Assembly (NCBI GenBank): GCA_030390025.1
Contig: CM059432.1
Coordinates: 67,706,001-67,770,000 of the forward strand
Source: Squalus acanthias
Taxonomy: Eukaryota
Length of the DNA: 64,000 nucleotides
Direction of reading: 5' to 3'
Shown here: positions 34,360 to 46,499 of the stretch, in pieces
Position numbering within the stretch: the first letter of the stretch is position 1
How the letters are laid out: each line of letters opens with the position of its first letter
The notes under the pieces: generated by a model
What the model was told of the DNA's origin: nothing
The model's input: only the letters and a program-made list of their open reading frames with translations
Databases searched by the model: none
Made by a program: the position numbers and the translations under genes

Positions 34360-37300
34360 TGTCGTAAGAATGAGCCTTACGCGTGGTAAACTTAATGTAA
34401 GCTTTAATCAACTTAAAACGGTGCTGCATACAAAAGAGGTCTTACCCTATGCCTCTTCCAGAGCTAACTGATCAGTCCAGTATTTATCCTGGACTGATTA
34501 CAGGAAGTGATGTCATACAGGAAGCTGAAAAGTGTTACCACATTCTCCCCCCCCAAAAGATTAGGAGGCCGGAATGCTCCCTCCATTTCGTAGCCGTTGG
34601 ATGAGGGAGAGCCGCACCCGTTTGGGTTCTCGTAGCGGTAGAGGGCCCCTAGCCCGTTTACCCGCTGCGGGCCATGGACCAGAGTCCGAGTGCTCCAGCC
34701 CGCTCTGTGAGGGGTCAGAACGATCCTGACCGTGTACTGGTACCCGAATGGGTGTCGGGCAGGGCTGTGGCAGATCCGTTTCTGAGCGTACGGTACAGGG
34801 TTGATCGTGGCTGCGCGTGCGAGCCCCGACGGGCTCATAGTCAGTCTGCCCCAGGTCGGCACGCTGGAGTGAGGTACCAGCCGGCGTTAGATCCCGATCA
34901 TGATGAGAGGCACCTGGCAAGCCCAGAGATGTGCCTGGTACAATATCATCCCCTGGTGTCCCTCTATGTTTCGGCGGGCAGGGAGCCAGATCCCGCAATG
35001 ACACGGTAGATTCCCGACCGTCAGGATACCGAATATAGGCGTAGGTAGGGTTGACGTCAGTGAGCTCAACCTCATCTACCAGGGGGTCATTCTTAGACGC
35101 CCGGACATATCTTCGGAGTAGCACTGGTCCCGGTGTAGTCAGCCACGACGGGAGAGATGTCCCATAGGATGAGCGACGCTGAAATCGGAAGAACCGTTCA
35201 TGAGGCGTCGTATTTGTGGCGGTCGAAAGGAGGGACCGTGTGGAGTGTAATGCGTCTGGAAGTACTGCTTCCCATTGCTGGTTGGGTAGGCCCCGAGATC
35301 TCAAAGCCAGACGTACCGCATTCCAGATGATAGCGTTAAAACGCTCGACTTGCCCATTCCCAACCGGATGATAAGGCGTCGTTTTGCTGGCAGCAATACC
35401 CCGTTCCGAGAGATAGGCCTTGAGTTCTCCCGACATAAAAGAAGGGCCCCGATCTGAATGAACATAGGATGCCATGCCACAGAAAGCAAATACCTGTTCA
35501 AGGCAGCTGATAACCGTGGTTGTCAGCATATTGGGGCAGGGAAAGGCAAACGGAAAACGAGAATACTCATCAACCATTGTTAATAGATAAGTGTTGCGAG
35601 TCGAAGAGGGCAACGGCCCCTTAAAATCGATGCTAAGCCTTTGCATTGGCTGGGTCGCATGTATGAGTATACCACCCGAGGGGCGGAAAAACCGAGGTTT
35701 CAATTCCGCACAGACTCTGCAGTCCGAGCACATCTTCTTTACATCCCCGGTAGAGAATGGGAGATTTCGGGACCGCACGAAGTGCAGCATGCGAGTAACG
35801 CCTGGATGACACAACCCATCATGGATGTCTACGAGCGTAGAGGGTGCCATGGCGGAGCAGAATGCTCGTGTGAGGGTATCCGGAGCCACATTCTCCTTGC
35901 CAGGTCGATAGTGGATGGTGTAACCAAAAGAGGCCAATTCCAGCCGCCAAAGCTGGATTTTATTATTTTTAATTTTGGTCCGTTTTCGATTATCGAGCAT
36001 GAAGGCGACCGATCGCTGGTCCGTGATTAAGGTAAAGTGCTGGCGAGCCAGGAGATGACTCCACTTCCGTACTGCCTCTATGATGGCTGTAGCTTCTTTC
36101 TCGACTGGAGGATAATGTAGCTCAGCCCCTTGAAAAGTCCTGGACAAAAATGCCACCGGACGACCTTCCTGATTCCGAGTGGCTGAGATTGCCACCTCCG
36201 AGGCATCACACTCAACCACGAAAGGAAGACTCTCATCAATGGAGTGAAGAGCCGCTTTCTCCAACTGCTTTTTCAGGAGGTTAAAGGCTGCAACAGCCGT
36301 TGTGTCTAGTGGGAATGTGCTGGCCTTCAGTAGAGGTTGGATTCGGTCCGAGAAGTTAGGAATCCATTTCGCATAGTATGCAAACAGGCCGAGGGCCCGG
36401 CGCAAGGAGGCCGGATTCTTAGGTGGCGGGAGTTCTTGGAGTGGGCGAAGCCTTTCAGGGTCAGGTTTAATGATGCCATTGCCCACACAATAGCCAAGGA
36501 TGTTGATAGTTGGTTGTGACTCAATGGATTTAGCCGCATTCAAAGTCAAATTACGGTGCTGGAGTGCATCCCAAAATCGTTGGAGATTGGCGTCATGTTC
36601 CTGCTGATTGCGACCTGCGACAGTAATATTGTCCAGATAAGGAAACGTATCCTTCAAGTCTTCCTGTTTGACCAGGTCATCCATTGCTCGCTGGAAGACA
36701 GCCACTCCATTAGTGACCCCAAAGGGGAGGCGACGAAATTGATACAGCCGCCCATTGGCTTCAAAGGCTGTATACTGCTTGTCTGAGACCTTCAAGGGTA
36801 CCTGATGATAGGCGCTTTTCAGATCATAAGTCGAGAACACCGTGTACTCAGCCAATTTATTAACCATATCATCGATGCGCGGCAATGGGTATGCGTCCAA
36901 GTCCGTATACTGATTGATGGTCTGTGAATAGTCAATGCACAGCCGTTTCTTGTGAGGTTGTAGAGGGTTCTTAACAATAACGACCTGGGCGCGCCATGGC
37001 GACGAACAAGGCTCGATGATATCCTCTGCTAAAAGCCGAGAAATCTCAGCCGCAATAAAAGACTGGTCTTCCTGACTGAAACGGCGTGACTTTGTTATAA
37101 TCGGTTTGCATCGAGGAGGGATACTGGCAAACAGTGAGGGTTCATCCAGTGAAGCTGCTGACAAGGCACAGAACGGTAATCGAGGTCGTATATTAGAAAT
37201 AGTGAGTTCAGGTTTGGATCCGCCGAACTCAATGGTAAGCTTCTTATGCTGCTTTTGAAAATCCAGCCCTAAGATAAGATCACTACATAAGTCCTTGAGC

Positions 37301-38779
37301 ACCGAAAGCCGGGTGGAGGGATACCTGTGACCTTTAAGCATTATTTCAACTACACAGAAGCCAGAAATTCTGGTATTAAGTGATGACTGAGCCATCGCAA
37401 CTGCCTGGTCCGATGGAAAAACATGTAGCTTTAACTGTGCAACAGTCTGTTCCCTAATGAAACTATCAGTGCTACCTGAGTCAATTAAGGCATCTAAAGT
37501 ATGTCCCTTAATTGATGCTTTTGTAGCTGCATGGAATAGATTCTGAGGACAAGCAGCTGTAATTGGTGTCGTTGCACAAAGAGTGGCTGAAATTCTAGGT
37601 GTGTTTCTTCGAGAAAAAACCCGAGAGGAAGCACGATAGTTTTTAGTTGGAACATCCTGATAGGCCCTTACTGGGGCAGTTCGGTAGGACTTAGTTTGAT
37701 AAGCCCTCGTAGAGGCTCTTGATAGGCAAACCTTTACAAAATGACCCTTTTTGTTGCAATGACTGCAAAACGCATTGCGAGCAGGGCAGAATCTCCGAGG
37801 GTGAAACTCATCCCCACAAAAAAAGCATTTCTTAGATTGCCAAGAGGCTGCCACAGTGGGGTCATCATCCTCTTCATCGGTGAAGTCATCAGATCGATCG
37901 TCAGGGATAAAGTCCTCCCTAATAGAGTTCACCTGTGGCCTCTTAAATTGCCTGACTGTAGTTAAGGCAGCAGACCGAGGTCTGGGCACTGTAAAAAGGT
38001 CTGCATTTCGTTTTGCTAGATCTAGAGAGCAAGCCAGGTCATAAGCTCTCTGCAGCTCAAGTGTCTTACTTTCCAGTAGACGCTGGCGTATAAATGGGGA
38101 GGCAAGCCCGCAGATGAACGCATCACGGATCATTTCTTCGCGGTATAGCTCAGCTGAGGCTGCCCGAAAGTTACAGTCCATACTAAGTCTGCGAAGCTCT
38201 TGGAGGAATTTATCAATGGATTCCTCCGGCCCTTGTTGGGCTGTAGCTAGTAGATGTCTAGCATAGACCTCATTCGGTGTCTTAGTATATAGTCTCTTAA
38301 GCGTCTGAATTGCCTCCTCATAACTGTCCCAGTCTTCCACATATTGAAATACATTCGGGGTGACACAGTTGATGAGTATCCGCAACTTTGAGTTATCATC
38401 AGCTTTGCAATACTCAAGAAAGTTCTCAAACGTGCGATACCAGTGTTTCCACACCTTACCGGCTGCTGGGGTGTTTGGGTCCAAGTCAAGACGCGATGGT
38501 TTAAGGATGTTTTCCATGATGGGTGATTCCCTGGATCCTTAGCTCCGAGTTCGTCCAAAAAGTTTGAGTGCGAAGTTTTTCAAAAGTTGATTAAATTGTC
38601 GTAAGAATGAGCCTTACGCGTGGTAAACTTAATGTAAGCTTTAATCAACTTAAAACGGTGCTGCATACAAAAGAGGTCTTACCCTATGCCTCTTCCAGAG
38701 CTAACTGATCAGTCCAGTATTTATCCTGGACTGATTACAGGAAGTGATGTCATACAGGAAGCTGAAAAGTGTTACCACA
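34360..38779 (-). mobile_element. Intact Ty3/Gypsy LTR retrotransposon (Mag-like), 4.42 kb
   Basis: Identical 183-bp LTRs (34360-34542 and 38597-38779), 5-bp TSD GTTGC, G-rich PPT at 34543-34554 and a single ORF. Confidence 0.95.
34561..38517 (-). CDS. Gag-Pol polyprotein, 1318 aa, uninterrupted
   Basis: Two CCHC knuckles, LIDSGS protease, YLDN RT, ECDAS RNase H, HHCC and DDE integrase. Confidence 0.95.
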   Translation of the reverse strand: MENILKPSRLDLDPNTPAAGKVWKHWYRTFENFLEYCKADDNSKLRILINCVTPNVFQYVEDWDSYEEAIQTLKRLYTKTPNEVYARHLLATAQQGPEESIDKFLQELRRLSMDCNFRAASAELYREEMIRDAFICGLASPFIRQRLLESKTLELQRAYDLACSLDLAKRNADLFTVPRPRSAALTTVRQFKRPQVNSIREDFIPDDRSDDFTDEEDDDPTVAASWQSKKCFFCGDEFHPRRFCPARNAFCSHCNKKGHFVKVCLSRASTRAYQTKSYRTAPVRAYQDVPTKNYRASSRVFSRRNTPRISATLCATTPITAACPQNLFHAATKASIKGHTLDALIDSGSTDSFIREQTVAQLKLHVFPSDQAVAMAQSSLNTRISGFCVVEIMLKGHRYPSTRLSVLKDLCSDLILGLDFQKQHKKLTIEFGGSKPELTISNIRPRLPFCALSAASLDEPSLFASIPPRCKPIITKSRRFSQEDQSFIAAEISRLLAEDIIEPCSSPWRAQVVIVKNPLQPHKKRLCIDYSQTINQYTDLDAYPLPRIDDMVNKLAEYTVFSTYDLKSAYHQVPLKVSDKQYTAFEANGRLYQFRRLPFGVTNGVAVFQRAMDDLVKQEDLKDTFPYLDNITVAGRNQQEHDANLQRFWDALQHRNLTLNAAKSIESQPTINILGYCVGNGIIKPDPERLRPLQELPPPKNPASLRRALGLFAYYAKWIPNFSDRIQPLLKASTFPLDTTAVAAFNLLKKQLEKAALHSIDESLPFVVECDASEVAISATRNQEGRPVAFLSRTFQGAELHYPPVEKEATAIIEAVRKWSHLLARQHFTLITDQRSVAFMLDNRKRTKIKNNKIQLWRLELASFGYTIHYRPGKENVAPDTLTRAFCSAMAPSTLVDIHDGLCHPGVTRMLHFVRSRNLPFSTGDVKKMCSDCRVCAELKPRFFRPSGGILIHATQPMQRLSIDFKGPLPSSTRNTYLLTMVDEYSRFPFAFPCPNMLTTTVISCLEQVFAFCGMASYVHSDRGPSFMSGELKAYLSERGIAASKTTPYHPVGNGQVERFNAIIWNAVRLALRSRGLPNQQWEAVLPDALHSTRSLLSTATNTTPHERFFRFQRRSSYGTSLPSWLTTPGPVLLRRYVRASKNDPLVDEVELTDVNPTYAYIRYPDGRESTVSLRDLAPCPPKHRGTPGDDIVPGTSLGLPGASHHDRDLTPAGTSLQRADLGQTDYEPVGARTRSHDQPCTVRSETDLPQPCPTPIRVPVHGQDRSDPSQSGLEHSDSGPWPAAGKRARGPLPLREPKRVRLSLIQRLRNGGSIPAS

Positions 38780-39377
38780 GTTGCCATGTGACTTTCTGCC
38801 TCAGTACTACAATTTTTCATAAAAGTTCCTGGAGGTAGTGAAAATGCTAATTTCTGAGCAGATCTGAGTGATAGCAAATCATTTAACATGACAAATGTTT
38901 TGCTGTAACAATGATCGAATATGAAACTTCATAGGAAGCAATGACTAAACCATCTTGTTGTGCTGGTTCATTCTGTGCTGTACATGGAGCAGAGTGAACT
39001 AGTACAACAGTTGATGGGAAAATTTTAGCGTATTGTGTGCATAGAAACAAAATATATTGTCAATGAAAAGGAAGATTAAAAATTTGTTGGATTCCTTTTC
39101 TTCATTGGCCATGATAAGGAAAATATTTAATCTTATTTCTCCTGCCAGAATGTTAAACCCAACATCAACTTTAGTGAGTTGTGAGACAATTATGAACCGA
39201 TTGAAATCCTTATGCAACCTATTCGACTGCATTTCATTATAACCTACTGCCCTTTTGCCATTATTTTCGAAAAGACCCAACTGGGGCCAGATGTTGCATA
39301 GTGTGCTGTCAGAACACAAAAAAAATCATTTAGAAATTTAAATCGTATAAATATGCATGAATGAGAAGAAAGAATCT

Positions 39378-40500
39378 AACATAGAAACATAGAAGATAGG
39401 AGCAGGAGTAGGCCATTCGGCCACTCGAGCCTGCTCCGCCATTCAATGCGATCATCGCTGATCATTCAAATTCAGTACCCTGTCCCTGCTTTCTCCCTAT
39501 ATCCCTTGATCCATTTAGCCTTAAGAAATATATCTAACTCCTTCTTGAATATATTTAATGAATTGACCTCAACTGCCTTCTGTGGTAGAGAATTCCACAG
39601 GTTCACCACTCTCTGGGTGAAGAAATTCCTCCTCATCTCAGTCCTAAATGGTTTATCCCTTATCCTTAGCCTGTGACCTGTGGTTCTGGACTCCCCCGCC
39701 ATCAGGAACATCCTTCCTGCATCTAGTCTGTCTAGTCCTGTTAGAATTTTATAAGTTTCAATGAGATCCCCTCTCATTCTTCTAACCTCTAGTGAATATA
39801 AGCCTAATTGACCCAATCTCTCTTTTATACGTCATTCCTGCCATCCCAGGTATCAGTCTGGTAAATCTTCGCTGCACTCCCTCCATGGCAAGAACATCCT
39901 TTCTCAGATAAGGCGACCAAAACTGCACACAATACTCAAGGTGTGGTCTCACCAAGGCCCTGTACAACTGCAGCAAGACATCCTTGCTCCTGTACTCGAA
40001 TCCTCTCGCTATGAAGGCCAACATACCATTTGCCTTCTTAACTGCCTGCTGCACCTGCATACTTACCTTCAGCGACTGGTGCACAAGGACACCCAGGTCT
40101 CGTTGCACTTCCCCTTTTCCCAATCTATTGCCGTTCAGATAATAATCTGTCTTCCTGTTTTTGCCACCAAAGTGGATAACCTCGCATTTATCCACATTAC
40201 ACTGCATCTGCCATGCATCTGCCCAATCACCCAACCTGTCCAAATCATACTGGAGTTTCTCTGCATCCTCCTCACAGCACACACGCCCACCCAGCTTTGT
40301 GTCGTCTGCAAACTTGGAGATATTACATCTAGTTCCCTCGTCTAGATCATTAATATATATTGTGAATAGCTGGGGTCCTAGCACCGATCCCTGCGGTACC
40401 CCACTAGTCACTGCTTGCCACTCGGAAAAAGACCCATTAATTACTACTCTCTGCTTCCTGTCTGCCAACCAGTTCTCTATCCAAGTCAGTACCTTACCAG
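39378..40500 (-). mobile_element. 5'-truncated CR1 LINE
   Basis: PQGSVLGP, KFADD and RPHLEYC motifs; AACATAGA tail repeats. Confidence 0.9.
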
Positions 40501-41507
40501 AACAATCAATCATGCCACAGTAAAGGGCCAGGGTGAACAATTACATCAGGAATTTGTTTCAATTTCAGTTTTTAATTAGGCTTTTTCACTACGTAGGATG
40601 TCATTTCAGATGAACAATAAATAATTTAATAGGATTCTCCTTTTCTGTCACAATTTGTTTTAAATCAACTGATATGAATCAGGATGTATTACTCCTAATA
40701 TCATTTACTCCCAACAGCTTAAACCACAGCAGCTATAGAGTATCAGTTTGTTTTTAATTTACAGTCAGATCACATGTATTGATCCTGGAAGTTCATTATG
40801 TATGTTACCTGCCACAAGTCCATGATGATGGGTCCACCTCCAAAACATTAACCTTTTCTCTTTACAGACCCCGATGGACCCATTGTGTATTTCTAGCATC
40901 ACCTATTTTACTACAAGTCTATGGCATTGATTTTCCAGTTGTTGGAAATGACATATATTTAATTTCACAGTGTTTTCTTATGCATTAACTGATTTGTATG
41001 TTTTTCAAGTGTATTACTATTAAGTTTTCTGTTTTGTTACTCCATGCATACCTCCAGCTGTACAATTTTAATTGGGACATTCGACATTGTAAAACCGCAG
41101 CAGTAGTGTCTAAGATTCCCAAGGTAACAAAGCAGTTGATTTGTTATCTCCGCAGGTTACTGTACTTCTCCCTCAAGCACTGATCCAAATTCAACGCTAT
41201 CAACACATTGAAGGTTGCAGGGTCTGAATCAATGTTCCTAGTTATTAGTTTATGCTCATTGTCTTAAAGGGGCAGCATCTTCAAAAGCTTTTATTTCACT
41301 TATTAACACACGGCACAATAAATTTCATTTAAAAACCTGGATCATAAAAACATAAGAACATAAGAAATAGGAGCAGGAGTAGGCCATTTGGCCCTTTGAG
41401 CCTGCCCTGCCATTCAATCTCAATTCCACTTTCTCGCCCAATCACCATATCCCGTGATTCCCCTAGAGCCCAAAAATCTATTGATTTCAATCTTGAATAT
41501 ACTCAAA

Positions 41508-42206
41508 GGGGGAAAAATTGGGTCACGCCGCTTTTGGGACGCTAACTTCGCCAGGGCGCTACTTTTAGCGCCCTGAAAAAATTAGCGCCCCCGCACCTGA
41601 AATTCACTGGTAGTGCCCCAAGATGGAGTCGGGCGGTACTGAAAGCGCCCTGCCTCCCTCTTGGGGTGCTGCGAGTGAATATCACGTCGCGCCGTGGTAC
41701 TGCAGGCCTTCCTCCCCTTATTAAAGGGGAGGGGCCTTGCGCAGCACAACCTGGGGCCCAGCTGGGCCACCAGGGATCAGAGTGCCGGCAAAAGAGCCCA
41801 GCACTCAAGAGCGCAGCCGGCAACTCGCGGGGGGGCTGCACAGAAGGCCGGGGACAGCAACGGCAGCCAGCAACAAAAATGGCCGCCCGGCACCTCCCCT
41901 TTAATTTGCGCTGCCCTGGCCACAGGTAGGTTCCCCTGACTCTGTCGGTCATAGCGTCCGGCGATAAGTCAGGGGGCGCTACTGAAGATCGTTGCCGGGG
42001 CACAAACGGGGTGCTGCGCAAGGCGATGATGTCATCGCCAGAGGCACAGCGCCGCGGGGCGCTAACGGTTACTGCCGCCGCTAACCTGCCGCTGAATTTC
42101 ATGTGAGGTGTTGGTGGCGCCACCCCCAGGCGCTAGTTGCTTTGCGCCCCATTAGCGCCCTCTTAGGACACTAACGGGAGGCGCAAATCAACTGAATTTT
42201 TCCCCC
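41508..42206. mobile_element. GC-rich Harbinger-like MITE
   Basis: TIR GGGGGAAAAATT/AATTTTTCCCCC with 3-bp TSD AAA. Confidence 0.8.
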
Positions 42207-42215
42207 AAAGACTCA

Positions 42216-42566
42216 GGGCTGAATTTTGAATGACCCATGGAGTCAGGTTTGGAGGCGTGTGGGGGGTTAAATTTGCGGGGTCGGGGGTGCATCCAGGTCC
42301 ACTCACATCAAAAGCCAGGCAGGTCCTCTCTCACCAACAGCCAGACAAGCTCTGAGACCAGGCAGTCAGCAATGATGACATCATCAGAGGCGACTTTCAG
42401 ACTGAAACCACTAATTAGTTCATGGGTTCCCACATGCTGGAACTCAATTACCCAATTAAGTGAAAATGGCATCATTCATCCACATTAATCTGGAGTCGGG
42501 GGGGGGGGGGGAACACGAAATGCGGATAACACGACCCCAACCCGACCCCAAGACAAAATCCAGCCC
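42216..42566. mobile_element. Harbinger-like MITE, internally deleted relative of 17963-18734
   Basis: TIR GGGCTGAATTTT/AAAATCCAGCCC with 3-bp TSD TCA. Confidence 0.8.
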
Positions 42567-43254
42567 TCAGCATCCACAGCCCTCTAGGGTACAGAATTCC
42601 AAAGATTCACAACCCTTTGAGTGAATAAATTTCTCCTCATCTCAGTCCTAAATGGCCGACCCCTTATTCTGAGACTGTGACCCCTGGTTCGAGACTCCCC
42701 AGCCAGGGGAAACATCCTCCCAGCATCTACCCTGTCAAGCCCCTTAAGAATTTTATATCATGTCTCCCAAGCATTTTCTTAGCTCAGAAATTACTGCTGG
42801 TGATATTAGCGGATGAACCCATAACACATTTGCATGACATTCCTCTGCCTATTACTTTAGTGACTGTAGCCTGTTTAAAATAATGGACTTGTGTTAAATT
42901 AGCAGATACAGAAACACCATACAAACACGTTAAATGTTTTATCCACTATTATTGCCAACAGTAACTCCTAGGCTTAGGAAATTAAGAAAGGACATGATCC
43001 AGGTCTTTCAAATGTCAAGAAGCACAGATGCAGATGCAATCAGACTATTTGATATTGAATTTTTGCTGAGCTAAAAGACATAGGTTTAAATTAACAAGCA
43101 TCAGGTAGTACTAGAAATTATTAAAAAATAACTTGTTCTCACAGAGCAATGTATGTGTGGAACTGACTCCCAGCAAAAACATTTGTAACTGTACCGCTTA
43201 ACTCCTTCAAAACAGTGCTCGATAAATCAGAAATTAAAATAAAATGCTGGAAAT

Positions 43255-43720
43255 CATAAAATCATAGAATGATACAGCACAGAAGGAGGCCATTCAGCCC
43301 ATTGTGCCTGTGTCAGCTCTTTGGTAGAGCTATCCGATTAATCCCAATCCCCTGCTCTTACCCATAGCTCTGCAAATACATTCCCTTCAAGTATTTATCA
43401 AATTCTCTTTTGAATGTTACTATTGAATCTGCTTCTACCACCCTTTCAGGCAATGCATTCCAGATCACAACAATTCGCTGTGTAAAACATGTTTCCTGAT
43501 GTTGCCTCTGGTTCTTTTGCCAATTACCTTAAATCTGTGTCCTCTGGTTACTGACCCCTCTCCCCCTGGAAACAGTTTCTCCTCATTTTCACTATCAAAA
43601 CCATTCATGATTTTGAACACCTCTATCAAATCTCCTCTTAACTTTCTCTGCTCTAAGGAGAACAACCCCAGCTTCTCCAGTCTTTCAACGTAACTGAAGT
43701 CCCCCATCCCTGGTACCCAG
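43255..43720 (-). mobile_element. CR1 3' fragment
   Basis: ERLEKLGLFSLEQRKLRGDLIEVFK and TRGH motifs. Confidence 0.85.
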
Positions 43721-43979
43721 TTATTCAAAATGTGAACCAATCCATTCTCTTTGCAGATGCTAATGGATTTGACACTTATTTCCTGCATTGTGGGGTAGAT
43801 TTTCAAATTGCCGCCCAGGCATAAGACTGGCGATGCAGATCGGTCGTACTTACAGAAACTGCCCGATATTTATTTCTATTGATTTTAATGGAAATGAAAA
43901 TTGGATAGTTTTTGCAACAAGCAGCTGATCCACACGCCAGATTTAGACATTGTGATACATCAGGGAGGGAGAAAGTTAA

Positions 43980-45120
43980 CTGACCAAGGCTGGGAACTGA
44001 ATATTCAGGGTTATTTGACATTTCAGAAGGATCGGCAGAAAGGAAAAGGAGGTGGGGTGACTCTGTTAATAAAGGATGAGATCAGTGCAGTAGTGAGAAA
44101 TGATATTGGCTCAGAAGATCAAGATGTAGAATCTGTTTGGGTGGAGATAAGAAATAATAAGGGAAATAAGTCACTGGTGGGAGTAATCTATAGGCCCCCT
44201 AACAGTAGCTACACTGTAGGACAGAGTATAAATCAAGAAATAATGGAGGCTTGCAAGAAAGGTACTGCAATAATTATGGTCGATTTTAATCTTCATATAG
44301 CAAAGGTAGCCTTGAGGAAGAGTTCATAGAGTGTATCCAGGATGGTTTCTTACAACAATACACTGTGGAATCAACCAGGGAGCAGGTTATTTTAGATCTG
44401 GTAATGTGTAATGAGATGGATTAATTAATGATCTCATAGTAAAGGATCCTCTAGGGAAGAGTGATCACAGCATGTTGGAATTTCAAATTCAGTTGGAGGG
44501 TGAGAAACTTGGGTCTCAAACTAGTGTCCTGAACTTAAATAAAGGCAATTACAAAGGTATGAAGACAGAGTTGGCTAAAGTGGACTTGGAAAATAGATTA
44601 AAGGGTAAGACGGTAGATAAGCAGTGGCAGACATTTAAGGAGATATTTCATAACTCTCAACAAAGATATATTCCAATGAGAAAGAAAGACTCTAAGAGAA
44701 GAATCAACCATCCGTGGCTAACTAAGGAAGTTAAGGATCCTATCAAATTGAAAACAAAGGCATACAATGATGCGAAGATTAGTGGCAGGCCAGAGGATTG
44801 GGAAATTTTTAGAAACCAGCAAAGGACGACTAAAAAAATAATAAAGTGAGAGAAGATGGATTATGATAATAAACTAGCAAGAAATATAAAAACAGACAGT
44901 AAGAGCTTCTACAAGTATATAAAAAGGAAGAGAGAAACTAAAGTAAGCATTGGTCCCTTAGAGACTGAGACTGGGGAATTAATAATGGGAAACAGGAAAA
45001 TGGCAGAGACTTTGAACAAATATTTTGTATCGGTCTTCACGGTAGAAGACACTAAAAACATCCCAGTAATAATAGATAATCAAGGGGCTATAGGGAGGGG
45101 GGAACTTAAAACAATTACCA
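43980..45120 (+). mobile_element. CR1 ORF2 internal fragment (APE endonuclease and linker)
   Basis: DRQKGKGGGV, YRPPN, SDH, PWLT and LNKYFVSVFT motifs. Confidence 0.85.
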
Positions 45121-46430
45121 TCCCACCATGGCAGCTGGGGAATTTAAATTCAGTTAATTAAATTTAAAAAAATCTACGGACACGGCAACAGCACATCCAG
45201 TCCAGTCGACCCTGCAAAGTCCTCCTCACCAACATCTGCGGACCAGTGCCAAAATTGGGAGTGCTGTCCCACAGATTAGTCAAGCAACAGCCTGACATAG
45301 TCATACTCACAGAATCATACCTTTCAGCCAATGTCCCAGACTCCTCCATCACAATCCCTGGGTATGTCCTGTCCCACCGGCAGGACAGACCCACCAGGGG
45401 TGATGGCACAGTGGTATACAGTCGACAGGGAGTGGCCCTGGGAGTCCTCAACATTGACTCCGGACCCCATGAAGTCTCATGGCTTCAGGTCAAGCATGGG
45501 CAAGGAAACCTCCTGCTGATTACCACCTACCGCCTTCCCTCAGCTGATGAATCAGTATTCCTTCATGTTGAACAACACTTGGAAGAAGCACTGAGAGTAG
45601 CAATGGCACAAAATGTACTTTGGGTGGGGGACTTCTATGTTCATCACCAAGAGTGGCTCGGTAGCAACACTACTGACCGAGCTGGCCGAGTCCTGAAGGA
45701 CATAACTGACAGTCTGAGCTGATGACAGGTGGTGAGAGAACCAACACGAGGAAAAAACCTACTTGACCTCGTCCTCACCAATCTACCTGTCGCAGATGCA
45801 TCTGTCGATGACAGCATTGGTAGCAGTGACCACCGCACAGTCATTGTGGAGATGAAGTCCTGTCTTCACACTGAGGACTCCCTCCATCGTGTTGTGTGGC
45901 ACTACCACTGTGCTAAATGGGATAGATTCAGAACAGATCTAGCAGCTCAAAACTGGGCATCCATGAGGTGCTATAGGCCATCAGCAGCAGCAGAATTGTA
46001 TTCCACCACAATCTGTAACCTCATGGCCCGGCATATCCCTCACTCTACCATTACCATCAAGCCAGGGGACCAACCCTGGTTCAATAAGGAGTGTAGAAGA
46101 GCATGCCAGGAGCAGCACCAGGCGTACCTAAAAATGAGGTGCCAACCTGGGGAAGCTGCAACACAGGACTACATGCATGCTAAAAAGCGGAAGCAGCATG
46201 CTATAGACAGGGCTAAGCGATCCCACAATCAACGGATCAGATCAAAGCTCTGCAGTCCTGCCACATCCAGCCGTGAATGGTGGTGGACCATTAAACAACT
46301 AACGGGAGGAGGAGGCTCCATGAATATCCCTGTCCTCAATGATGGTGGAGCCCAGCACATGAGTGCAAAAGACAAGGCTGAAGCGTTTGCAACCAGCTTC
46401 AACCAGAAGTGCCGAGTGGATGATCCATAT
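45121..46430 (+). mobile_element. Non-LTR retrotransposon fragment of a second family (APE endonuclease), decayed
   Basis: PDIVILTES, RQDRPTRG, VGDF, PTRGKNLLDLVLTN, SDH and DQPWF motifs. Confidence 0.8.
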
Positions 46431-46499
46431 TGGCGTACTCCTACCTCTGTATACCAAGATTTGTGTATACCATGCAAGTCATGTACAATGATTATTTAC

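Larger units (their letters stand above)
41345..42755 (-). mobile_element. CR1 3' fragment split by two MITEs
   Basis: CATAAGAA tail; CR1 sequence resumes after 42566. Confidence 0.75.

Noticed and set aside
38999..39319. Possible host exon or ORF in unique sequence
   Set aside because: No recognisable domain and no convincing splice-site pair.
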